From: Macrostomum hystrix
Taxonomy: Eukaryota > Animalia > Platyhelminthes
Length of the DNA stretch: 64,000 nucleotides
Direction: 5' to 3'
Assembly: GCA_950097015.1 (NCBI GenBank)
Contig: CATNEN010000033.1
Coordinates: 744,001 to 808,000, forward strand
Part shown: one piece after another, positions 1 to 12,911 of the stretch
How the letters are laid out: each line of letters starts with the position of its first letter
How positions within the stretch are numbered: the first letter of the stretch is position 1
Program-made: the position numbers and the translations under genes
Notes under the pieces: model-generated
Database searches by the model: none
Seen by the model: the letters and a program-made list of their open reading frames with translations, nothing else
Told to the model about the DNA's origin: nothing

Positions 1-183
1 CCGGTCGCCTCGGCTGGCGGACGAGTCGGTGGGCAACGCGCCAGCAGGCCGGGCGATGCAAAGGCAGCCCGCGACGACTATTGGCTGTCAGAGTACGCCA
101 AGAACTTCGCCAAGTACGCCAACGCCCTGTACGCCAGGAATCGGCAGTCACTGGCCAGCCGTTCTCGGGCGGATTTTCTGTGA
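1..183 (+). CDS. 3' end of an unidentified protein-coding gene (terminal exon, runs off the window)
   Basis: Frame 1 is open from base 1: PVASAGGRVGGQRASRPGDAKAARDDYWLSEYAKNFAKYANALYARNRQSLASRSRADFL*, TGA at 181-183. GC-rich like the other exons, followed by an AT-rich shift and AATAAA at 220-225. Confidence 0.6.
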   Translation, partial: PVASAGGRVGGQRASRPGDAKAARDDYWLSEYAKNFAKYANALYARNRQSLASRSRADFL

Positions 184-219
184 TCCACCTTTCTGTTTCT
201 GTCTGCAGTTAGTTTTCAT

Positions 220-225
220 AATAAA
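220..225 (+). terminator. Putative polyadenylation signal AATAAA of the gene ending at 183
   Basis: AATAAA 37 nt after the stop, followed by T-rich sequence. Confidence 0.45.
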
Positions 226-1047
226 CTGGTTTTAGTTTTCTAGTAAGGCAACACAAAAGCCAAGGTGTGCTCTCATTCTAATTTCAGAGTATTAACACTT
301 TTTCTGCGGATTGTTTTTGCTCTAAGAATTCTGATGTAAAAAATCTAATTTTCTTTTCTTAGGAACTTTCAGCGCAGAAGCAAGCAAATGTATACCGTCA
401 TGAGTAGACTCAAATAAGAGAACTGCAAATGCTAGCTGATATCTAGCTGATACCAGATACTGGACTCATTATTCACAATAGCCTTTTTAGCCACAAACAA
501 TGTGTTCGTTTTGCTGCGCAAGACATGCATAGCCTGCGTACATTCTGATTGCGTAATCATTGACTGGCTGCGAACATTCCACGAGTAACTATTTGACAAG
601 CTTTAAAAAAGCCGTCCCTTGTACCGCAGGCCTAAACACTGGCTGTGTACCCAAATCACCCTATTTAAATTGATCGGTGATCCAGTTTTTCTGTTTTACT
701 ATTTTTCAGTTTTTTTTATTTTTAGGAAGCTAAATTCCATGCAGTTTACTTTTCCTGTCATTCTTTAGCACTTTTTTCTACACAAAAATGGACCACGAAA
801 TAAAAGCAGAGATACTGCAATTATCCAAAACAGTGCTCGTATCTGAAACTACTACAAGTACTATTTCTACTTCAGCTGCCGCTAACTTATGCGATCCGTC
901 CCATTGCTCTCACATTTTGCGGCTATTGATTAGTCTGACGAAAAAATACTGCTCATTTACATTTGTAATGCCTTCTGCGTTTTGCCTTAATTGTTCATTT
1001 AAACAATACTATCAGATAATCCTTACTAATAATACTCTGAGGATCAC

Positions 1048-2247
1048 CCTGACAGATGATCCTCAGCTGGCATCTCCCTGACAGATGATCCTCAGCTGGC
1101 ATCTCCCTGACAGATGATCCTCAGCTGGCATCTCCCTGACTGATGATCCTCAGCTGACATCTCCCTGACAGATGATCCTCAGCTGGCATCTCCCTGACTG
1201 ATGATCCTCAGCTGGCATCTCCCTGACTGATGATCCTCAGCTGACATCTCCCTGACAGATGATCCTCAGCTGGCATCTCCCTGACTGATGATCCTCAGCT
1301 GACATCGTCCTGACAGATGATCCTCAGCTGGCATCTCCCTGACTGATGATCCTCAGCTGGCATCTCCCTGACTGATGATCCTCAGCTGGCATCTCCCTGA
1401 CAGATGATCCTCAGCTGGCATCTCCCTGACAGATGATCCTCAGCTGGCATCTCCCTGACAGATGATCCTCAGCTGGCATCTCCCTGACAGATGATCCTCA
1501 GCTGGCATCTCCCTGACAGATGATCCTCAGCTGGCATCTCCCTGACAGATGATCCTCAGCTGGCATCTCCCTGACTGATGATCCTCAGCTGACATCTCCC
1601 TGACAGATGATCCTCAGCTGGCATCTCCCTGACTGATGATCCTCAGCTGGCATCTCCCTGACTGATGATCCTCAGCTGACATCTCCCTGACAGATGATCC
1701 TCAGCTGGCATCTCCCTGACTGATGATCCTCAGCTGACATCTCCCTGACAGATGATCCTCAGCTGGCATCTCCCTGACTGATGATCCTCAGCTGACATCG
1801 TCCTGACAGATGATCCTCAGCTGGCATCTCCCTGACTGATGATCCTCAGCTGGCATCTCCCTGACAGATGATCCTCAGCTGACATCTCCCTGACTGATGA
1901 TCCTCAGCTGGCATCTCCCTGACAGATGATCCTCAGCTGGCATCTCCCTGACAGATGATCCTCAGCTGGCATCTCCCTGACAGATGATCCTCAGCTGACA
2001 TCTCCCTGACAGATGATCCTCAGCTGGCATCTCCCTGACAGATGATCCTCAGCTGGCATCTCCCTGACAGATGATCCTCAGCTGACATCTCCCTGACAGA
2101 TGATCCTCAGCTGACATCTCCCTGACAGATGATCCTCAGCTGGCATCTCCCTGACAGATGATCCTCAGCTGACATCTCCCTGACAGATGATCCTCAGCTG
2201 ACATCTCCCTGACAGATGATCCTCAGCTGGCATCTCCCTGACAGATG
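1048..2247. repeat. Tandem array, 29-bp unit GACAGATGATCCTCAGCTGGCATCTCCCT, ~41 copies
   Basis: Direct reading; near-identical units with A/T and G/A variants. Confidence 0.97.
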
Positions 2248-3089
2248 AACGTCAGAGATGTGCCATGCAATATTCAATATTGTATACAATTTAATATTCA
2301 CAAAATACAAAATTGTCTTGGTGTGATTTAATATTCCACATTCCACAAGCTTTTACCTATCCTTGACAAACCTATTTGATCATGGTTTGGTTGCATTAAA
2401 AAAATAGTAGCGTCCTTTAGCCTAGGGCACCTAAATAAACCTATGAGAATATGGTAATAATAGTTTGTCATCTTAATCTAGCCATTAGAATTTACCGTTA
2501 ATCGCCTTTGTTGGATAGTATTGGAAGATACTGTTGACAGTAGTTTCATTACTTCGTGATTGCACATTTTATTTAAACTTTGTATAAAAATGATCCACAT
2601 TTTGTCGCTCTTTTTTCCCTATCACGCGCACTTCTTACCCCCAGGCATTAGTACGAGGTACATTGCGTTGCCTTCGCCGAATTCCGAAATTTAGCCTTAG
2701 AGACGACAAGCAATTTAGTTTTTGGTTAATCCTTTAATACTCTCAGTTACTAGCGCAGAAAACAAAGGCCCTCCTCACGCAGTCAATTAAGGACTGCAAA
2801 CAAGCCTATTATTGTGGGCCCTATCGATTAGTCGTTCGTTCAGCTGTTCCACGTGCCAGCTGGAGCTTTGATTCATAAGTTATTCAGAATTGCTAAACAT
2901 GCTATCTGATTTGGAAACGTTTAGAGACTATTATAAGCGTACGATAGTGCATAGGAAATTCAATGCAGCATGTATGACTTAGTGGCTTATCAAGTTAAAG
3001 CAGGCAAAAGTATGAGAAGGGCAACACTTGTTTCTAGCGTACCAAAAACTAAGCTATGCAATGCAATCGCCTATGATTTTTGCTAAATC

Positions 3090-3788
3090 CTAGCTACCAA
3101 TCTTGCTGCGATTCCAGCTACCAATCTTGCTGCGATTCTAGCTACCAGTCTTGCTGCGATTCTAGCTACCAGTCTTGCTGCGATTCCAGCTACCAATCTT
3201 GCTGCGATTCTAGCTACCAATCTTGCTGCGATTCTAGCTACCAGTCTTGCTGCGATTCCAGCTACCAATCTTGCTGCGATGCTGCTACCAATCTTGCTGC
3301 GATTCTAGCTACCAATCTTGCTGCGATTCTAGCTAACAATCTTTCTGCGATTCTAGCTACCAATCTTGCTGCGATTCTAGCTACCAATCTTTCTGCGATT
3401 CTAGCTACCAATCTTTCTGCGATTCTAGCTACCAATCTTGCTGCGATTCTAGCTACCAATATTGCTGCGATTCTAGCTACCAATCTTGCTGCGATTCTAG
3501 CTACCAATCTTTCTGCGATTCTAGCTACCAATCTTGCTGCGATTCTAGCTACCAATATTGCTGCGATTCTAGCTACCAATCTTGCTGCGATTCTAGCTAC
3601 CAATCTTTCTGCGATTCTAGCTACCAATATTGCTGCGATTCTAGCTACCAATATTGCTGCGATTCTAGCTACCAATATTGCTGCGATTCTAGCTACCAGT
3701 CTTGCTGCGATTCCAGCTACCAATCTTTCTGCGATTCTAGCTACCAGTATTGCTGCGATTATAGCTACCAATATTGCTGCGATTATAG
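3090..3788. repeat. Tandem array, 24-bp unit CTAGCTACCAATCTTGCTGCGATT, ~29 copies
   Basis: Direct reading; accounts for ORFs 3080..3820, 3083..3268 and 3262..3771. Confidence 0.97.
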
Positions 3789-4887
3789 AACAAGAAACAA
3801 AGCATGACGGACTGCGATAATTTTATGAATATTTTGCGCTACGAGTTGCTCAACAGAGATGAGATTCGATGCCGGATGCGATCCAGGAATCGAACCATTA
3901 AGTTATTTCTATAAGATTCAAGAATCCAGTAGAAAGCTATTGCCAGAATGGAATTCCAGGAATCGAAGCAAGAATCACATTATAAAACCGTGTGCTATCT
4001 GAGTGAATTCTAACTTAAAGATAGAATGGAGTATTTTAGTGGAGAAAGTTAAAAAACTCGAAGCAATGAAAAAAGATATAGCTGTCTTTGCCTTACGCGC
4101 TAAGTTCCTTTCGGACGCAATTAAAAAGAGTTTTTGCTCAGAAAATTTCCACACATTATATTAAAAACTTACCAAAAAGTGTGCTATTAACACTAGCGAG
4201 AATAAATCTGTGATTTAAAAGGGTAAGAACAACAAGATTAGAAAAGGAACAACGACCAAACTCGTACTGCACATGTTCCAGCATAGAAAAAGTACTCTTG
4301 CAAGCAAGCAAAAGCCAAAATTGGGATTTTAGATTTTCCTAGAAGAACAGCTGGTTTGTCTGGTGGGCATTTGGTAAACATGTAGAAATGGGATTTTGGA
4401 CGAGTTGGAGGGCAACGCAACTAAAATAAAGAATAACGGGCGCACGATCAGGCTTACAGAAGGCAGAGGAATGTGACGGCGAGTGATTAGGGAATTCGGC
4501 GAAAATATTCTTTTTCTTGCTCTAAGCGAAGCTGACAAAACAATGCTTGTTCTGTTGCAACAGCAACAAAGCGCCTCTGTACGAATATCGAAGGCAGTTG
4601 TCTATGACCAGTGCTGACGCGCGATTGTTCACAGTTGACGCATAGAAAATTGTTCGATGACTCGTAGCGCACAGTAAGTGCACGAGTGCCAGCTGTCTTT
4701 ACGAAACATGCTGGCAATTTCTAGATTCAAGGAATCTAAGGTCCTATTTTCTAGGAATTTGCTATGCACTTTGCTACGAACAGACTGTTCCTCTTTTGAA
4801 GTAATAAGTTTTTTATTTCTTCTTTTGTAACAACAACGACAGTGCTTTATAGAATGTAGCACAGAGTGTCTTAAAAATCCTTCACCA

Positions 4888-5077
4888 GAATTTCTAGGAA
4901 TCTGTAGTTTCTTAGAAATATTTTTTTGAATTTCTAGACATCTGTAGTTTCTTAGAAATAGTTTATTTGAATTTCTAGGAATCTGTACTTTCTTGGAAAT
5001 AATTTATTTGCATTTCTAGGTATCGGTAGTTTCTTAGAAATAATTTTTTTTTATTTCTAGGAATCTGTAGTTTCTTC
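4888..5077. repeat. Degenerate tandem array, ~40-41-bp unit (TTTCTAGGAATCTGTAGTTTCTTAGAAATA...), ~5 copies
   Basis: Unit starts near 4891, 4931, 4972, 5013 and 5055. Confidence 0.8.
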
Positions 5078-5507
5078 GTCTGAAAACATAAAACTGTAAA
5101 CTTTAAGCTTTAAACTGAATCTTTCAAAGTTCTAATAACAGAGATAGATCAACCGTTTGCTACAAGCCGCAGGTTGTACTTTAGTACACGCTAAACACAC
5201 ATGGAACATGTACTTCATCAGCTGAACTACGCCCTGATTCATAATAAAGTCAACATACATACTAATGAGCTTTTAGTGTTCAGTAATTAAAAAATCACAC
5301 CATTATGTCATATGCAAATAGCTGTGACACAAAAGAGCTTGCAAACATAGAATGCAACAAACAAACAAACGAAATTAACAAAGAGTTAGGCAAATCTAAA
5401 CACGAGTATTTTAGAAAACACAGAAAATAATCAAAGAAAAAACTGCTTTTAGTCTAAAACTTTGCGATTGCTTTTTTAAGAAATAGATGTTAAGGTGGAG
5501 GTGAGGG

Positions 5508-5615
5508 CAGTGGCGGACACTTCTACTGAAGTAGCGGAGGGGGGTAGGAGTGCAGTGGCGGAGACTCCCACTGAAGGAGCGGAGGGGGGTAGGAGTGCAG
5601 TGGCGGAGACTCCCA
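5508..5615. repeat. Short tandem repeat, ~45-bp unit x ~2.5, downstream of SLC35C1
   Basis: CAGTGGCGGA(G/C)AC... recurs three times at ~45-bp spacing. Confidence 0.7.
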
Positions 5616-5786
5616 TAGGGGAAGTAGAGCGGTTTATAAGAACCTATCAGTTCCAACAATCGAAAAGCTCCTAACTACACAATAGGTTTATAGTTTAAAG
5701 TGAAACGAAGCTAAAGTCTACAGTATTGATAGAGTCCAGACAGCCGACCTCCACCCCGGAAACCAAAGGCAGTCGAGTCGCAAGGC

Positions 5787-8700
5787 TCAAGCTTTTAAAC
5801 CGGCGACTTCGCCAGGTTTGGCGCCACCAGCGGCCGAACTGGAGGCCGCGGCGGCTTCAGCTTCGCGACGCTGTCGCTCCTCGCGCATCTTGACCATGGT
5901 GTAAGCGAAGGCGCCGGCGACAACTAGGCAGTTGCTGAGCCACCAGACGGCCGACTTGTGTTCGGAATAGACGAACACCGCTAGGAGGGTCTGAAGCACC
6001 GCCTTGGTGTTGTTGCTGATGTGATGCGTCACAGGGCTAGTGTAGTCAATCTGCATGTTGGAGGCCCAGCCAATCAGGAAGCTCAGACCGCCAGAGGAGA
6101 CCAGAAGCAGCATGAATGACGTGTCGCCACCGCGGGAGGTGTAAGCGGCCGAGAACTGGCCGAACACAATCAGCAGGGGAATGAATAGGATTGAGCCACC
6201 GATGTTCATGTAGTAGGTCACAGCCAAGGCTTGGTTCTTATTAATCACATCCAGCAGTCGTTTAGTAAAGATGCCATTTAGCGAGACAAACAGCGAGGTC
6301 GACACGCCGTAGAGCACGCCAACAGTGGACAGGGTGCCGGCCACTTTCTCCTGGTCGACGCCGAGGACAAAGCCAGCGGCCACCAATAGGCAGCAGAGCC
6401 AAATAGGCAGAGAGGAGAAGCGGCGCAGCAGGATGGACGAGAAAATCACCGTGAAAATCAGCGTCATGGAGCGGGCCACCTGGTTGGGAAAGGAGTCGAA
6501 ATATCTCTGTCTTAATCAAGATTCCCCAATAAGGTTATCAATAAGGTTATTTAAATCTAATCCCTAGATTGATTAGTTGTTTAATATCTACTTCCTAGAT
6601 TGATTAGATGTTTAAAATCTACTTCCCAGATTGATTAGCTGTTTAAAATCTACTTCCTAGATTGATTAGCTGTTTAATATCTACTTCTTAGATTGATTAG
6701 ATGTTTAAAATCTACTTCCCAGATTGATTAGATGTTTAAAATCTACTTCCCAGATTGATTAGATGTTTAAAATCTACTTCCCAGATTGATTAGATGTTTA
6801 AAATCTACTTCCCAGATTGATTAGATGTTTAAAATCTACTTCTTAGATTGATTAGATGTTTAAAATCTACTTCCTAGATTGATTAGATGTTTAAAATCTA
6901 CTTCTTAGATTGATTAGATGTTTAAAATCTACTTCCTAGATTGATTAGATGTTTAAAATCTACTTCCTAGATTGATTATAGATGTTTAAAATCTACTTCC
7001 CAGATTGATTAGATGTTTAAAATCTACTTCCCAGATTGATTAGATGTTTAAAATCTACTTCCCAGATTGATTAGATGTTTAAAATCTACTTCTTAGATTG
7101 ATTAGATGTTTAAAATCTACTTCCTAGATTGATTATAGATGTTGAAAATCTACTTCCCAGATTGATTAGATGTTTAAAATCTACTTCTTAGATTGATTAG
7201 ATGTTTAAAATCTACTTCTTAGATTGATTAGATGTTTAAAATCTACTTCCTAGATTGATTATAGATGTTGAAAATCTACTTCCCAGATTGATTAGATGTT
7301 TAAAATCTACTTCTTAGATTGATTAGATGTTTAAAATCTACTTCCTAGATTGATTATAGATGTTGAAAATCTACTTCCCAGATTGATTAGATGTTTAAAA
7401 TCTACTTCTTAGATTGATTAGATGTTTAAAATCTACTTCCTAGATTGATTAGATGTTTAAAATCTACTTCCTAGATTGATTATAGATGTTGAAAATCTAC
7501 TTCCCAGATTGATTAGATGTTTAAAATCTACTTCTTAGATTGATTAGATGTTTAAAATCTACTTCCTAGATTGATTATAGATGTTTAAAATCTACTTCCC
7601 AGATTGATTAGATGTTTAAAATCTACTTCCCAGATTGATTAGATGTTTAAAATCTACTTCTTAGATTGATTATAGATGTTGAAAATCTACTTCTTAGATT
7701 GATTAGATGTTTAACATCAACTTCCTAGATTGATTATAGATGTTGAAAATCTACTTCCCAGATTGATTAGATGTTTAAAATCTACTTCTTAGATTGATTA
7801 GATGTTTAAAATCTACTTCTTAGATTGATTAGATGTTTAAAATCTACTTCCTAGATTGATTAGATGTTTAAAATCTACTTCCTAGATTGATTATAGATGT
7901 TTAAAATCTACTTCCCAGATTGATTAGATGTTTAAAATCTACTTCTTAGATTGATTAGATGTTTAAAATCTACTTCCCAGATTGATTAGATGTTTAAAAT
8001 CTACTTCTTAGATTGATTAGATGTTTAAAATCTACTTCTTAGATTGATTAGATGTTTAAAATCTACTTCCTAGATTGATTAGATGTTTAAAATCTACTTC
8101 CTAGATTGATTATAGATGTTTAAAATCTACTTCCCAGATTGATTAGATGTTTAAAATCTACTTCTTAGATTGATTAGATGTTTAAAATCTACTTCCCAGA
8201 TTGATTAGATGTTTAAAATCTACTTCCCAGATTGATTAGATGTTTAAAATCTACTTCTTAGATTGATTAGATGTTTAAAATCTACTTCTTAGATTGATTA
8301 GATGTTTAAAATCTACTTCCTAGATTGATTAGATGTTTAACATCAACTTCCTAGATTGATTATAGATGTTGAAAATCTACTTCCTAGATTGATTAGCTGT
8401 TTAATATCAACTTCCTAGATTGATTAGCTGTTTAATATCAACTTCCTAGATTGATTAGCTGTTTAATATCAACTTCCTAGATTGATTAGCTGTTTAATAT
8501 CAACTTCCTAGATTGATTAGCTGTTTAATATCAACTTCCTATATTGATTAGATGTTTAGAATCTACTTCCTAGATTGATTAGCTGTTTAATATCAACTTC
8601 CTAGATTGATTAGATGCTTAACATGCTTAACATATACTTCCTATATCGATAAGGTGTCAAAAATCCCATTCAATTAGGTACACTTGTTCTTTTCGGCGAC

Positions 8701-9144
8701 AAATAATTAAAGCACTGGAACCAGCAATAAACCCCACGCAAAACTCACCTGAAAGAATGCAACGCCGACATACTTCAAGCAGAGGTTATTAAACGTGAGC
8801 ATTCCGGTGAACATGCAGGCCAGCAGCATGAAATCTTTGCTGTAGAAAATCTCTTTAGTCAGCGGCGGCAGTTCAACATCGTGGCGCAGCACGTGGCGTC
8901 GAAACATGACCAGAGCCACTACAACCAACACGGTGGACACGCACTGGGCCCAGGCCACAAACAGCGACACGTCCAGCTGGTTGGACAGCTTGTCGCCAAC
9001 TAGATACTTATTGGCGAACACCATGGAGATGGACACTGTCCAGTAGGTGAGGATAACACCGGCAATCTTCAGGGGCGGATGCGACTTGTCTCCAGCCATG
9101 TTGAATCGCCTGGCCTTGCTGGAACTGAATTTAGGCTTAGACAT
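5787..9144 (-). CDS. SLC35C1: GDP-fucose transporter 1 (SLC35C/TPT family), 2 exons, ~362 aa
   Basis: Exon 1 9144-8749 (donor CAG|GTGAG), exon 2 6479-5787 (acceptor CCAG|GTG), phase 0. Motifs YWTVSISMVFANKYL, NNLCLKYVGVAFFQVARS, QIDYTSPVTHHISNNTKAVLQT match SLC35C1. The start could alternatively be ATG 9099. Confidence 0.92.
6565..8630. repeat. Intronic tandem array, 31-bp unit AGATTGATTAGATGTTTAAAATCTACTTCC(C/T) with 33-bp variants, ~66 copies
   Basis: Fills most of the single SLC35C1 intron; degenerate units at both edges. Confidence 0.97.
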
Positions 9145-9785
9145 GTCTTTCTTACATGGCGAACTCCGGGCTTATACATAAATTAAACTATTTATAGGAG
9201 TGAAAAAGCACGCTGTGTTTCATATAGGTCTACAGAATTCGCGGCAAATGTCACGTTGAATCAGTGCTGCTTAAGTACGGCCCCCAAAGGCGGGCGAAGG
9301 GAGTAAATACTTCTGCCATCTATGCACACGGAAACTAGGAAACCCAACGTGGGGCAGATCGTGTAGTGAGCAAAGTTCGGGTGAATAATTATGTAGGCCT
9401 CACTTTGAACTACACACGTGCCTGATGATCCAGCAAGAGAATGGAAGTAGCTAAAAACTTCAAAAGTGAAATAAGCAAAAGTATTTTTGAACCCTTTCAT
9501 CTGATCTGCTACTTGAACGGAATGTGGAATAGTGGGATGGTTTTTTAGTATATTTTAATAACTTTCACGTTTTTGTGAAGACAGTGAAGCTACAGATTTA
9601 TAACTCCTGGCAAATTGAGTTCTAAAACTATAATATTCCTACCTTAAAAAACTGACAGCAAGACTCCTTTGAAAATAAAATGATTTAAAAAAATATGGAC
9701 AATAGGGGTGGATGGGCAGAGCTGTTGTTGCATTTTCCTCTCGCACAAAAATCCCTCAGCTCGATTCCCCTGATTTTGCCCTGTG

Positions 9786-9914
9786 GCTTGTTGTGCAATA
9801 TATGGCAATAAGAGACAGTCCCCAAAGCACAGCGAAAGTGTACACTGCCTGAGGATGAGAAAGTCAGAGCAGATGTACATAATGTGTGTGTGTGCCTGTG
9901 CGTTCAGGAGTCAG
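9786..9914 (+). mobile_element. Internal fragment of SINE family A
   Basis: 9836-9879 matches the reverse complement of 42488-42531 at 41/44 nt; weaker similarity continues on both sides. Confidence 0.7.
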
Positions 9915-10669
9915 CGAAATGGGCAGAAATTATTATAATCCAGCTTACCTACATAACTCACCAAGGAGATTAGTTAGATTTCAAAGACAAAATGATTGAA
10001 AACAATATATTTTGTGGGTTGCAATAGTATAACTAGGCTGTCAGCTGTGATGTTTTCAAATTTGGCAAATGTGCAATCTTTAAACTTTTCTAGAAAAGTC
10101 CACTGAAGTTGAAATCAATTACTATCTCTCCTCTGGTAAAGGATTTTTTGCACCCTTTCTGAAGCTTTTTTGGTGAGGCGTCTAGACCTTCATTCAAAAT
10201 CCTCAAAAATCAACATGACTCTTCTCCATTCTCTTGATAGTTGTTCTTGCATTCTCATTCCCAAATACTCATAGACTACATAGTAGTCAAATTCAATGAG
10301 TATATAGTCTTTGGAAACCTTATCTAAGCATAGATAAAAATCAGATTTTATTATGAAATTTATGACTTTTGCTATAAAAATAATACATAAGACCCCTTGG
10401 CCATATTGGCTATAGCTAACAATACAACTATTGTACCAATTTTACCTATAAAATTGCAAAGGCCATAGATACAAGTGTGACACTTTATTGATGTTCACTC
10501 TGTCGTGTTACTATGCCTATGCCTAGAAGCCCATGGAAACCAAGGATTCCTAAGCACATATAAGCAGACAGATAGCTACTATACCTATATATAGATAGAC
10601 ATTTAATAAAATACAAGAGAGCTTTTATGTTAGGCCTATAGTCATAGAGAGTTTAGTGAATTTTTCTAA

Positions 10670-11071
10670 TAGGCGTTGAGTAGGTGGCGGCACATCTGGA
10701 CCCTTTCTTGCAGTTGGACAGGAGTCAACAGTTTAGGGACCCATCATGCAACAACTCGTATTATATGCAGATGGTCGAAGATGAATGCTCTTCATTGGCA
10801 TCTCCAACAAGTCATCTAACTGCCTCAGGGTTGCTCCACGATCATCATCCAGGGCATGCTGCACACGCTGGATGTTGTCACTGGAAATGGATGACCACGG
10901 TGCACCTGGGCAGGGAGCATCAACTGTTTCACAGCCGTCCTCAAAGCGCTGCACCCACTTTGACAGTTTGTTTCGAAGGTGCATCCTTGCTAAAGATTTG
11001 CAGCAGCTCACGGTAAATATCAGCCTGCTTCTTCCACAAAGACCAAAAGACAGTGCGCTTGATAGCTTCAC
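10670..11071 (-). mobile_element. Degenerate mariner/Tc1 transposase fragment (HTH + linker; catalytic domain absent)
   Basis: Minus ORF ...KWVQRFEDGCETVDAPCPGAP..SSDNIQRVQHALDDDRGATLRQL... resembles the mariner HTH region. After a frameshift and stop it reads WVPKLLTPVQLQERVQMCRHLL (WVP linker at 10726-10743). A possible element end with TA lies near 11210. Confidence 0.85.
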
Positions 11072-12671
11072 TTTTCTCCATACTGCCTAAAAGGGTGGTT
11101 TGAATGCCACTTGATTTCTGCCTTGTCTCAAAAGCCAGAGGGAAGATTTTCCATAAACAATAAGATTAATGGTGCCTTAGTCTGTATAAAAAAATCTGCC
11201 CCCCCAAAGTACAAAAGAAACAGATCCTATGTAAGTTTGTCAGCGAATTTATGACATAACCCTTGTAATATAAATACAAGAATACATATAATACAAAATT
11301 GATTAAACAATATATACAAGCTTGTATTAGGCCTAATATAGGGAGCTAGTCTAGAGAAGAATAGGACTAAACATTAAGGTTCCTAGACACCTAGACATCT
11401 ATGATCTATAATTATAATTATAGTTATATGTATTATATTTATAATTATTTATAATTTTTATTATTTATAATTATAATTAAATTATAATTATATATATATA
11501 TAATTATATATAATTATAATATAGAACTATAATTATAATATGAGCAAATATAATATGACCTGGCAAAATATGGGGCACTTTGTTATCTTACAACTTTGTA
11601 ATCTTGTATATTGTCAAACACTTTGTTATCCACTCTTTGTCTTTGACACCTGATCATTGATTATTAGACAGTACCAGAAAAAAGTGGATCTGGACAAGAT
11701 ACATTATAGATAAAACTTGGAATGCAGAAATAATTAATAAAGCACAGATTGCGGAAACAGATATAAATGCAGAATATAAATAATAGATAAAATAGGGATA
11801 ATAAATCATAGAAATGGATAAAAATGAGTTAAATTAGATACTAATTATGACACTAACAACACTTTAAAATGACAATAGGGTGCCCAAAGACAAATAGCAT
11901 TGATTTTCTAGATGGCTTTTTAATGTGTATTTGAATTTGCAATAGGCTAATGTTTCATATAGTCACTGATATTACTAATCATATGTAAAAATGCACCCAA
12001 AAACAAAAGGAGAAAAGGATGATTTATATATGCTAGGCCTAGCACTATAAATAATTTTTTTTATTATTACATATACATAGCTAATACATTTACTGCAACA
12101 GTTTTAAAACTTTAAAATAATTTGTTCTGGATTTTGTATTCCTATGCTGAACTATGCCAACCCAACACTGAACAAGTGCACCCATGTCCCAATCTAACTC
12201 TAGGCCTACCTAAAAAACAATTATTAGTATGATATGATAATTAATAGGTCTTCTTTTAAATACATTTTTAAAAGGTGGAATTGGTACTGATGCTGTGAGC
12301 ACTCATTTAATATGAGCTATTTTAGGATTTAGCGAATTTGTTTTATTTACAGTATATCCTGAAAATATTTTTGTTATAAACTGCATATTTTTCATTCTTA
12401 GTGAATTTGCTATAAAATAAATAAAAAGCATGTCTCAAAAGAGCAGGTGTGGTGAGTGTCCATCTCTTTGTCTCCCTCTATCTCTCTTTTTTACTTTTTG
12501 GGCACTTTCTTTTCCTTCGTTAAACTTTGCTAACAGACAAATATCAATAAAGCCATAAAGGTTTACAAAAAATAGCACAGGTTCAAATTAGTACTGTGTA
12601 TATGGTTCATGTATAGTAGATTAACAATAAGCGTCCTCACTATCGAATGCATTACAACAATCAATCTTACA

Positions 12672-12911
12672 ACGTTAGCGACATTTTACCGCACTGTTTA
12701 TAACCAAGGACCACTAGAAGAAGACTTCTTCTTCTAGTGGTCCTTGTTTATAACATGTTAAAAAACCGCACTGTTTAACAAACCTTATTATGCGGTAGAC
12801 TGCGGAATTTACCGCACTGTTTAAATGACCCCATTTCAGTCTTGGACTATGCGGAATTTACCACACGGTGAAGTTAGCGGCTTTTACCGCGCGGTAAAAT
12901 GTCGCTAACGT
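12672..12911. mobile_element. MITE, 240 bp, perfect 21-bp TIRs, 9-bp TSD (MULE-like signature)
   Basis: TIR ACGTTAGCGACATTTTACCGC at 12672-12692 and its reverse complement at 12891-12911. TSD AATCTTACA at 12663-12671 and 12912-12920. Internal ACCGCACTGTTTA at 12688, 12765 and 12811. Confidence 0.9.
12705..12746. mobile_element. 42-bp pure-hairpin insertion nested in the MITE, 8-bp TSD (hAT-like signature)
   Basis: Arms CAAGGACCACTAGAAGAAG (12705-12723) and CTTCTTCTAGTGGTCCTTG (12728-12746), 4-nt loop. Flanking TTTATAAC at 12697-12704 and 12747-12754. Confidence 0.8.

Noticed and set aside
1137-1160. CTGATGA in the 29-bp array (and CTGACGATGAGAAA in SINE A) as hammerhead ribozyme cores
   Set aside because: The array has no GAAA strand. 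In the SINE only 3 nt separate the motifs and the segment pairs as a simple hairpin, so no stem II or three-way junction forms.
4238-4862. Short minus-strand ORFs at 4.2-4.9 kb, and others at 9261-9880, 13098-13480, 15375, 25784-26141, 31399, 46951-48978 and 59550
   Set aside because: No recognisable domains, composition like surrounding noncoding DNA, and no convincing splice framework.
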